Assembly: GCF_006345805.1 (NCBI RefSeq)
Contig: NC_042999.1
Location: forward strand, 88,412,001 to 88,476,000
Reading direction: 5' to 3'
Length of the DNA: 64,000 bases
Source: Octopus sinensis
Taxonomy: Eukaryota
Below are positions 37,042-49,565 of the stretch, in pieces. The notes under the pieces were generated by a model. That model had not been told where the DNA came from. It saw nothing but the letters and a program-made list of their open reading frames with translations, and did not search any database. Every line of letters starts with the position of its first letter. Positions within the stretch are counted from its first letter, which is position 1. The position numbers and the translations under genes were made by a program.

Positions 37042-40000
37042 TGCATATATTTATATATATGCAGAGAGACTAATTGAAGGTCGATAGTGAAGGAGTTTGT
37101 GTTATTTTATCTGTAAGTGTAAATGTAAATATAATATATAAGTATATACAAAGATAATAACGGATTTTCTTCGATAATAAGTATACCTATAAATATACAC
37201 AATAGACGTGCATTTGTATGAATAGATATATTCAAAAATATTTCATTAAATATCCATACGAATCACTTCATATTACACACGTCTTTACACTGATACACCG
37301 CCATATCTCTGAGAGTTACTTAAAAAGATCTAATCAGAACACAATCTACCTTTTAGCCATTTAGAAATAAAGCATACTTATCGACAACATTGTGTAAACC
37401 GAGTTATTGTGTTTTTCCTCACTTTTGTAAAAAGTAAACACAGTTTTCTTAATGCTTCCTTTGTTTGAAATTATGCATTATATTTATATTCTATATCTGG
37501 CTGGCAAGATAAAAAAAAAAAAAAGACAGGAATAAACCAAAGTAAGGTTATCAAGGAAAAAACTGTATAGTATTTCTTTTATCGCTGATGAATAGAAAGA
37601 TAATTGAGTTTTATTATTCTTTTATAGCCTGAGATATGTTTAGGTCTATATTAATTCGGAAGAGTACTAATGATCCTTAGTGCATTACTTTACTGATTAA
37701 AGAATATAGATACTACTTATTCTCACAAGTTTCTGTTATTTATTTTGAAAATATAAGTTATTTCACATAAAAGTTTACATATTCATCGTGTGCTTATTAA
37801 TCTTATGGAAGTTTTATCAGTCAGTTTCAAATTATTCAATAGCGTCTAAGATATAGATGTAAATTATCAGAACTATCAATAATTACTTAACTAACAACTA
37901 GAACAAGGCACCGGCTTAGAATCATTATCTGTTATTTTGGAAACATTCGTAGAACTGGATACTAACATACGTCTTAGTTGAAGGGTTGAATGCTGTCAAA
38001 ACGACCGACCACTAATTAGTGAGAGAGCGAAATCCCGGACGATTTCTGTCGCAACCGATGATGATGAGGAGGAGGGTGAGGGGGGATGATGGTAGTGGGG
38101 TGATGATGATGACGATGATGATGAAAGATCAGTATGGGTTTCTGAATTCATCCTGTTTTCCTTGTATGAAAGCTTTGATTTAAACACTTGTAAGAAGGTT
38201 GTGGAAGTAAACTTGACTACTTCATTGAATAGAGCAAGCAACTACTAAAGATCTCTCTCTCGATTGACATAGAAACATAGCTCAAATTGGCATATACTTT
38301 TTTTTTCTTTTTAGATGTAACAACACGAGAAACATTTATATGACGATGATTACTTTGATTGTGATATTCAATTGAGATTATGCATCTTTCTTCAACTTGG
38401 TCACTCGTAACTTTCCAGAAGGTAAAAGTTTAACAAAATTTCTCGATGCCTCAATATCATGCTAGTCACTTATGCTATCTCTTTATGCACAGCTGGTCAG
38501 TATTCTCATCACCAGGTTTGCCTATTATTTCAAAGTTAAAAGATTAATGTAATGCACATGGATGCATGTCTATGAAACTAATTAACTAAATTTTAAAAAG
38601 AATTAATAGTAGGAGTGTAAGGATTAAAATACTTTATGAATATGCAGCTTGAAATTACATAAAGAGCCATAGAGTGAGGGCACTAATTTTGTCAACTTAG
38701 CGAAGTCCAGACAAATATTCTCTTTTTTTTTAAAAATTAATTCAAAGAAAATGTAACATTCATCAGCTCTAATAGAATAATGACAATGAAATGGCTTCAA
38801 TTAGAGGTGAATTCTTGCTCAGCGGAGCTAACCACGTACGGAATCATTGATTATTGCTTTATCTTTCAAATAAATTAGAATATGTTACCGAATAAAGTTG
38901 AATTTGCACGCTTCACGTTTCTATGTCATGGGTCATGGGTTATTTATGATTATCCAGACATAAATAATTTGACTATTTTACTATTATTTTATACAATAAT
39001 GTTAAAGGAAGCAAAAAAAAAACCTGCGTAGTTAATGTGCTGCCCGCATGCTTCTTTCAGTTATGGCATAGGAAATTTCTTGTGAAATCGCTCCATCCTG
39101 TGTATTAAATGAGCTTAGACTTACTATCTTTCGATTGTGATGTACTTCAGAGTTTAATTATATATTATAGACTTTGCTTTTCAATACATAAGCAACATAT
39201 TATTTGCCTCGTATTGCCAAATATCTCTTGTAATGACATTAAAACATAGATCGTCTCTTACTTATAACCTTTCTCACACAGGCATCAACTATACATAATA
39301 TGTACGATATCAAGTCAGATATAGTACTTCTATGAATAGAAACCTTGAAGTCGTCCTCCAATGAAGAAATGAAAACTTGGTCAAATTCAGTAGCATATCT
39401 CCTCCGTCAGTATCGGCGATGATTGTTCTAGTTCTTCGTTAAATCATAATGTAAGTGGCTGATTGCTCCACAAATACTTGCATTTTACAGTAATGTTAAA
39501 AGAGAATCAGCATAACAGCGTAACAAACTTGAATTACAAGTTTAATTTGTCTGATGTCCTTTTGCAAAGCTTTCGTCTATGCAATTTTACTCAGAAAGCT
39601 TTGCCTGATCTGATGTTATAATAAAAGACAAAACTATTTCTTGTAGGATGGAGTGCAATTTAATCCTAAACAGTCACTGAGCTGCTACGAAGTTCAAAGC
39701 ACAACTACATCGGACTGCTGCTTACATCCGCTTTCTCTCTTCGTTTCCGAAGATGAAAATCCAATTTCTTTGACACCGGCGCGCAACGGAGGACGTATTT
39801 GTGTAGGAAAATTGCAACTGTCCCTATCGATTCTACATTTTTTATATGCCTTCAGGGGTGAGGTACTACGAAAGTGGTGGTATTTAATTATCACAGTTAT
39901 TGATGGCACTCCTACCACCGCAATGAAAAGTCAGCTATCTATGTATTGTTCTCAGAAGTCCTAGTTTCGACTTGTACTGGATTTGAACTAAAGATAAGGG

Positions 40001-40847
40001 TGGGCTGTTCCGGACAATCAGCCTCGATCACGTCCCAGATTTACTAGACATATAGCAAGTTCAAACAAGACAATTGGAGGCACACTAAAAAGTCAGTGGG
40101 ATGACCAGGGCATTCTATGTGACAATGTGCTCGAGTGTATGTGCCCTACTGTATTTCGTCTTTCTACCCGCTGAAAATTGACTATTAATGGTGAAGATTA
40201 CTCAGCACTTTCTCTAAAAGTCTTATCTTTACATACGTATAGTGACAACCTCCAACGAATGTCACTGATATATATCTTGGGTTGAGAAACTGTTACACAC
40301 ACATATGCTTTGTATCGCATTGCCTCCTATTGCGTACAGACATTTCATTCTCACCATATTAACAAATCATTATCCATCTAAAGTGTTGCGGGGCCTACAA
40401 AAAAATCTTCCCTGATCTAAATAATAAAGAAGGGGATGGGGATACATGTTCTTGAATTTATATTTACCCTGTTTATAAATATGTTTAACTCTTAAACAAA
40501 TTAGTTATTTAACCAATCATGTATCTTGTTTTATTAAACAATCTCGGTTTTTATCAAGTTAACATAACTCTACCAGTCACCACACACAATACATTTACGA
40601 ATAGATAAGGTTTTCAAGACAATGACTGTGTTATGTAAAGTTTCGCGATAAGATATCTAGTTAAAATGTAATTGGTTTATGCTTTCCTGATAATGCATGA
40701 CATATTATTCTTGTTCTAGATGTTCTACAAAACACAAAACATCTTGCAAATAACATTTCCTCTTTTACTTTATAAACAACCTAATGATGTATTCGTTATA
40801 ATTCCTATCACAGTTACGTGTTTTCATTTATACTTGTTGCCGTTACT

Positions 40848-40899
<52 letters not shown>

Positions 40900-40955
40900 G
40901 TGGGGGTAGTGGTAGTAATAGTAGTAGTAGTAGGTGGGGGTGGTAGTGGTAGTAA

Positions 40956-41710
40956 GGGCGGTGAGCTGGCAGAATCGTTAGCATACAGGGCGAAATGCTT
41001 AGCGGTATTTCGTCTGCTGTTACGTTCTGAGTTCAAATTCCACCGAGGTCTACTTTGCCTTTCATCCTTTCGAGGTCGATAAAGTAAGTACCAGTTACGC
41101 ACTGGGGTTGATATAATCGTCTTAATCCGTTTGTGTGTCCTAGTTTGTCCTCTCTGTGTTTAGTCCATTGTGGGTAGTAAAGAAATAGGTTTTTCGTCTG
41201 CCGCTACGTCCTGAGTTCAAATTCCGCCATGGTCGACTTTACCTTTCATCCTTTCTGGGTTGATTCAATAAGTACCATTTACGCACTGAGGGCGATATAA
41301 TCCGTTAGTCTGTCCTTGTTTGCTCCCTCTGTGTTTAGCCCCTTATGGGTAGTAAAGAAATAGGTATTTCGTCTGCCACTATGTTCTGAGTTCAAATTTC
41401 GTCGAAGTCGACTTTGCCTTTCATCCTTTTGGGGTCGATTAAATAAGTACCAGTTACGCACTGGGGTCGATAAAATCGACTTAATCCGTTAGTCTGTCCT
41501 TGTTTGTTCCCTCTGTGTTTAGCCCCTTGTGGGTAGTAAAGAAATAGGTATTTCGTCCGTCCTTACGTTCTGAGTTCAAATTCCGCCGAAGTCGACTTTG
41601 CCTTTCATCCTTTCGGAGTAGATAAATTAAGCACCAGTGAAGTACTGGGGTCGATTACATCGACTAACCCCTCCGCCAAATTTCAGGTCTTGTACCTGTA
41701 GTAGAAAGGG
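40956..41710 (+). mobile_element. Family-A SINE concatemer: one head plus four tandem bodies
   Basis: ~180-190-bp units ttcgtc..ctgagttcaaatt..cctttcatccttt..gtcga; three end in ..gggtagtaaagaaataggt, the last ends in the standard tail plus (GTA)n. Confidence 0.9.
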
Positions 41711-41736
41711 TTATTGTAGTAGTTGTAGTAGTAGTT

Positions 41737-41794
<58 letters not shown>

Positions 41795-43041
41795 CGGCAG
41801 CTGCAATTTAGCCCCAAATCAGTTCTGATAGAACTGACTGACCTACGATCACATTTATTCTAGTCATAATCATCCCATCTTTAATTAAAATTACATTGTC
41901 CAATGAGCCCAGCTGTTTTTCAGGCGACACGGTGAAAATTTGAATGAAATTTGGCGGCTATATCGAGCATGTCCATCAACTATACAGAAGCGTCTTCATT
42001 GACTCCTGGTTATTTTGATAGTATACATTATAACAGGTTGCCATCCCTGATGCTAACAATGGTATCTCTACGTAATCACCCGATGTGCTAAAAGTAGCTG
42101 GAAAACATCCATTAAACCACATCCTAAGGTCTCAAAATAGATGATGTAAGATTTCGTCGGATAATATAATTTTAAATATACGATGTTAGAAAAGAAAAGA
42201 AAAAATAATTGACATGATTGGATCGCTTTGGATTATAAGAAAGCTCAATTAGGAACGACCTGGTGTTAAACAGTGCGACGACAACAACAGGCCATATCTG
42301 TCGATGTCAAAAACCTGTTCTGTTCAACATGATAATAATAACTTAACCTGTGTCATTATTTCAGTTTATCTGCACTAGACGTGATTGGTTTGTTCTCTCC
42401 CAGTTTTATTCAAAGTATAATATGTCAGCTAACACGATCTGCTAAAATAAAATATAAACAAACATTTTCCTGAAAAACTTTGATTTAAATCTAAAACCTG
42501 TTTTCGTAAAATTGAAAACATTAATATAAATTCCTTAATTCATTGGTTTTGATAGTAATCCGCTTATACGCCATTAAAATATCACGCTTTTTTTTATCAC
42601 TCTCTCTTTCTTTCTGAAAGATTAGCACGGATGAAGATTAGTTGCTCATGTTCTCCGTTCAATTATTATTGTTTGTGCAATAAACTTACTTCTGAAAGAT
42701 TTTATTCTTTTCTTCCATAGAGTCTCCGACAATTGGAAGAGGTGTTCTGTTCCTGTAATCCACAAAGTACTATTCTATGGAACATATTGCGATAACTGAT
42801 ATATATTTTAACAAATTTATACAGTTCCTTTCCTATTACATATTATGCTTATTATGATAGAGTGTGATGATACGTGAAGGTTTTCATGCTACTTGTGCTT
42901 GCAGAATTATATGAGTTTTCAGGATATTGACCTCTCGAACAAAAGCTTTGTGTTTGTGTTAACCCTAAATTCTCAAATTACAATGTATGTGCGCGCGTAT
43001 ACAGATATATGTAATACACACACACACAGACAGACAGACAG

Positions 43042-43131
<90 letters not shown>

Positions 43132-43134
<3 letters not shown>

Positions 43135-43512
43135 TGGCACTTCCTCGGTTACAACGACAAGGGTTCCAGTTGATCCGATCAATGGAACAGCCTGCTCGTG
43201 AAATTAACGCACAAGTGGCTGAGCACGCCACAGACACGTGTACCCTTAACGTAGTTCTCGGGGAGATTCAGCGTGATAAAGAGTGTGACAAGGCTGGCCC
43301 TTTGAAATACACGTACAACAGAAACAGGAAGAAACAGTGAAAGTTGTGGTGAAAGAGTACAGCAGGGTTCGCCACCACCCTCTGCTGGAGCCACGTGGAG
43401 TTTTAGGCGTTTTCACTCAATAAACACTCACAAAGTCCGGTCTGGGAATCGAAACCGCGATCCTACGACCGCGTGTCTGCTGCTCCAACCACTGGGCCAT
43501 TGCACCTCCGCA
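43132..43512 (-). mobile_element. tRNA-derived SINE sharing the family-C tail but with a non-CORE body
   Basis: Minus strand tggcccagtgg (A box), ggtttcgattcc (B box), tail ttcaaagggccagccttgtcac..gatcggatcaactggaaccc. Confidence 0.8.
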
Positions 43513-43559
43513 CACATGCACACACACACACACACCACACACACACACACACATCTATA

Positions 43560-45100
43560 TATATACAGAAGGAACTCTACAAATCCTACAAGCTGACACC
43601 AATATCCGCCCTTGACGACATCAACACCAACCATTACAAACTTCTGAATAAATTACACGTGGATGACCGCACAGAACCATACTGCCCTACACCTCCACGC
43701 TTCAACCTCAAAGATCATAAGAAGGGCTTTATAACCAAACCATCGATGCGCCTCATATGCCCCAGCAAATCCGACCTGGGAAGAATCAGCAAAATTATTT
43801 TGGACAAAATAATACCAATCGTCAAGGAGTGATTAAATTTATGGTCCAGTACAGGTGAAGTTATAACGTGGTTCCGTTTCTTAAACAACAAAACTCTTAT
43901 TCTTTCCTAAAATTCGATATAAATAATTACTACTCTTCTATTTCTACCAAATTTATTAATCAAGCTCTCCTTCTAGCTTGGAATCTAACTAACCTTACCC
44001 CACTAGAAATTAACATAATCCTTAGTGACCGTAAAACCCATATTTCTTTTGAGGACAAACTCTGGTACCGGGCCAATCACCATAACAATACCAATTTCCA
44101 TAACAATTTAGTTGACATTAACATGGGATCATCCTACACCGCCCAGGTCACCGACCCCGTTGGACTATACATACTCCACCAGCCCCAAATACATTTCCCT
44201 AGCCTTTAGGCTGGCCTCTACAGAGATGACGCCTTGCTAGTTACCAAGAGCGTAAATAATTCCTCTTTAGAACGAGCTAGAAAAGTTTTACACAGATTTT
44301 TCTTTAGCTTAAACCTGTCTATTACTTTTTGAAAATTACCACAAAACTACTAACTTTTTAGACGTAACTTTAAACTTAGAAACCTCCCAATACTCCCCTT
44401 ATCACAAACGTAACCAAGACATTAAATAGTTAAACATTCATTCTAATCACCAGAAATCCACCTTTGATAATATAGTCAAGGGTATTTCGATCCGTATATC
44501 TAACCTCTCTTCCACTGCGGAAATATTTAATAACTATGCACCATATTACAATCAACCGCTCGCTTCCAGCAGCTTCTCCCAACAAATAATCTCTAATCCT
44601 AGGTTCAAGCAACGTATATCTCAAATCACATCACAACGACACACCAACCACCAGAATCACAACAGACCACACATACACTATGCTATAACCCCAGGAGAAC
44701 CCGCATGAAGACAACCTAGACCCCACACGCACACCTATAACACTAGGTCAAAAGCTAAAACAACTAACAACAACGGCCATGCTACCCCACTCCATTTTCC
44801 AAAAATATAGATTGTTCTACCCCTAAGCACCCCCAAAAGTGGTTGACGCTTTATCTTGTGGTGTACACCCCCTTCTCACTAAACGTTAAAAACTTAGCTA
44901 AATCCTTCTTTAATATACTGGACTCCAACTTCCCTCGGCAACATAAATATTACTCTATCTTTAATGGATTTACCCTGAAGCTAACCTATTCTACCCCACC
45001 CAACTTCTGGTCTATCATAGCAGCCTCTTATTAACAAAAGCTTTCTCTCTACTATCAAAATTCACTCTATAACAACTCTGAATACACGAGCGCCCAACAA
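43560..45100 (+). mobile_element. Penelope-like element (PLE) reverse transcriptase, decayed
   Basis: FNLKDHKKGF..MRLICPSKSDLGRISKIILDKI, FLKFDINNYYSSIS, DINMGSSYTAQV, GLYRDD (YRDD 44219-44230), NFLDVTLNL, TPFSLNV..NFPRQHKY..LKLTYS; starts inside (CA)/(TA)n. Confidence 0.85.
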
Positions 45101-46989
45101 CTACACAACTCCTGCATTGAACCTCAAACGTTAGACCACAATCATAACCCAACCTATCCTATTAACACTATCCAGAATACTACCACAACTTCCACCACCG
45201 TTACAGGTAGAATAATTAACAACAACGATAGCAATAATAACAATGATAGTAATAATAATACTAATAACTTAGACCTTTCCACTCCCATCTATAACCTCTC
45301 CTCTGACAGTATTACCTCCTCCATTCCTGAAAATCGACTTTAACCTTTCTCAAAATATGCTGTATTTTGCTATTGTTAGAAATTACATTACCAGAATGCT
45401 TCATTTACATATAAGAGAATGAAGTTGATCAGAAACAAATTATAATTAAAATATGCGATACGTGACTTCACATAATATCATGGTGATCAACCCATAGACG
45501 GACAAATAAGAAGAGGGCTGCAGATTATGCACGGTTTACTTAAGCAAAGTAGCTTTATAATATTTCTTTGACTTACATATTGCAAACTTTCCACTGGAAA
45601 AAGTTACCTTGCTAGACTGGAGTTTCTCATTGTAATATTACAAAAATTGCGCCCATTACGCAGTGGAAATTCCAAGTGTGCAGAGTATTTCACAAGCAGA
45701 TATGTTCGAAATGACAGGCTGTTTATACGTGATAGCATATACTTTGTTGTAACTTGCCTGATCAACAGAAGTAACCAAGTAGAGCGAAGTAATATTAAAG
45801 AGTATTGTGATGTGTTATTAAGAAATACAGTTTTTATCTAAAGTTTTAGACAGGAAGGGTAGTACGCATAACACTTCATAGGGCACTCGATACTGGTATT
45901 ACGGATGGGAGGACTGTTTTCCCAAATCGGAGACTTCGCCTAAACTTTTCCAAAAAAGTAGAGTCTTCTGCTAAAGGAATCAAAACCCAGGTAATAACAT
46001 TAAAATGAGAAGCATTAAGTTTACTTAGTTTATTATTCAGTAAGGTTACTGCGGAACTTGAGCTCAGGACGTAAAATTTCAGAACAAACTTCGCAAAGTG
46101 CCTCCTTCAAAGTGCCTCTCGAGCTCAGATACGGCATGTAAACCTTAAGTTACCATCCATGGTTCAGGCTATAAATGCTCACCTAACTGCAAATACAAAC
46201 CTATATGGCAATTTATCCAAACATGCTGTTGGCTGCACAGGCTAATACAATAGTAACAAAAGCGTTATAAAGCTTAGTAACCGCGGCTGAATAGATTAAG
46301 AACAGCAACAATAATAACAACAACAACAAAGAACAGCAATTTCACCGCCATCGTAACCATTGAGACTGCCATCACCACCAACTATATCAACAACATAAAG
46401 ACTAATGATTTGCTTAAATATGATTGTAAGATATTGATATCAACAAGAAAGGCTCAACTAACCATGATAGGAGCACAATAGGAAAGACTTATCTACTATC
46501 TACTTCCTTCATTATGTATTCATCAGTCAGAGAAAAAAAGTGAAACTGATTACATTTTATGATTAAGATATATTTTTCAGATATATATCTTAAAAATTAA
46601 TTGAACCCAAGTAAACAGATATATATCTTTTCATCTCATTTCTTTCTCCGTCTCTCCTAACTCTCATACACTCACACATTCACTCACACACACACACTCT
46701 CTCTGTCTCTGTCTCTTTCTTTCTCTCTCTAATTCTATCTATTTATCTATCTAAGTAACATCGTAGTGAATGGGTGTGATAAATGCTGCTTCATATAAAG
46801 ATTCGTGAGTTCAAATGCAGTTCAAGCACATGTACATCAACATACCTCAGGGGTTTGATTACAGATGGAATCTCAACTTTTTGAAACATCATGTTTTGCA
46901 AAACCTTTTGAACTGGTGTTTAACAATTTCAAAAACGTTCAATACTAAGAGCTCTTATATGTGCGTGTAGATGCGCGCGTAAATAGTGC

Positions 46990-47300
<311 letters not shown>

Positions 47301-47504
47301 GTATAATTTTAAAATAGTTTAATTCGATTCTGTGCAACTTCAGGTTTCGCAGGCCCCTAACAGGAGCCCGACACTTTGAGGCTTTGGTTTGCCAATTGAA
47401 TTTGGATTTCGGAATGCTGACTGGGGCCTATGAAAACTGTTTTCAAATAATACATGTAACTCCTATTAAATATGTTGAATGTCCCTTTCTTTCATTAGTC
47501 CACT

Positions 47505-47885
<381 letters not shown>

Positions 47886-49565
47886 GTTAGACCAGTAGCC
47901 ACAACCGACACCCTACATGTCACACCAGTATTCTTGCTGAACATCAAGGGCCTTGTAACATCCCAACAACGCAAAATAGTATCTGAGCGACGTAGTGGCA
48001 TGTAATCAAGCAATATGTGCGTCACTAACAGAAACACATCTGAATATGGACACATCAAATGCTGAGATACACACACCAGGGTATGTTGTGTTTCGAACTG
48101 ACAGGAGAAAAAGGACTGATGGTGGGGTGACAATGTACATCCGGGAAGAGGTCACACCTGTAGTCCTGCTGTCACACTCAAATTCAATCTATGACACTGG
48201 TGGTACACATTAAACAGATGGAATTAATTATATGTACCATGTATCGCCCACCAGATGATCCAAATCATGGGGATTCATTTGAAGAGAATCTCCAAGAAAT
48301 GAGAGCCGGCACATACCTCTTTTAGGGGATTTCAACCTCCGTTACGTCAAATGGCCTGAAGGCCACATTCTCTCAGGTATGTCACTGCATGGCCTGAAGC
48401 ATACAGAATCTCTACTTGAGCTCACTAACATGCTCTTTATGGAGCAAATAGTGCTCCACCTAACAAGGGGTAAATGTCCTGGACCTCTATTTCACAAACA
48501 ACACGGTGCTCATCCATAATGTTGGTGTGACATCGATGATTTTCTCGGACCATAACTTAAAACTAACGATGTCTTGTCTGCATAAGACTACAGACATGCA
48601 GGCTACGGGAAGCACAGAACTCCTCAGCAGCCTGAATTTTCACAAAGCTGATTGGAAGGGTATCATGAAAGAGGTCATGGGACATAACTGGTGTGTCAGT
48701 TTCTCTACAGAAGAGGTTGACATAAAACTACAACACTTTATGACAATCATGCATGACGTCTGCAGTAAGTTTGCTCCAGAGAGAATACCAAGCCAGCAGA
48801 AAAATATAATACCCAGGGATAGGAGGATCCTAATGAGACGAGAGCAAAAATCTCAACTCGTCTAAAGGGGCCACCAAAGGCTAACAAGCAATTCTATTTC
48901 AAACGAACATTGCTCGAGATCGAAAATGAACTCAAACGCTTCCATGAAAAGGAGAGAGCAGAAAAGCAGGCCAGGGCTGTCAAAAATATTAAGACAAACT
49001 CTAAAGCCTTTTATAGATATGCAAAAGAAGCTGTTCAGTACGGTACAAAAGTGGGCCACTACTTGAAGAAAATGTCCCTCCGACTGCAGACCTCCAGAGG
49101 ATCAGTGAAATACCGAATGTGCAATACAAGAGCGTTTTCACAACTCCACAGGGACCCTTGTAAGTAGCTATGTCAGATGCGTGCTTTGGCTCTACAGATC
49201 TACAACTATATAGCAATTATTGACAATATCAACATAGAGGAAACTGATGTGATATTAGCCATTGATGAGATGAGCTCAAACTCAGCCACAGGACCTGACG
49301 GATTCCCAGCAATCCCCATAAAGAAATGCAAAGAGACTCTAGCTAGACCACTTCAGATTCTCTTTCAGAGCTTCCTCACAACAGGGAGACTTCCAAAAAG
49401 GTTAAAGGAAGGCATTATATGCCCTGTCCATAAGGGAGGTAGCAGATAGACGCTAAGAATTATAGACCTGTCTCTCTAACTTCCCATGTCAGCAAATTCA
49501 TGGAGATCACTGGCAGGAAGAAAATAATTGCGTTCCTTGAAGATAATGACTTGCTTCCTACCACA
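47886..49565 (+). mobile_element. CR1-group LINE ORF2 remnant: APE endonuclease plus RT N-terminus
   Basis: [49 protein letters not shown]; ATGPDGFPA..PVHKGGSR..KNYRPVSLTSHVSKFME; stops before the catalytic RT motifs. Confidence 0.85.

Noticed and set aside
40956-41710. CRISPR array or retrozyme array
   Set aside because: Units are ~185-bp SINE bodies with no unique spacers, no cas genes and no hammerhead core
43560-45100. Naiad-type selenoprotein PLE
   Set aside because: RT motifs do not resemble Naiad as I recall them; no N-terminal GIY-YIG or CxC seen; stops and frameshifts look like decay
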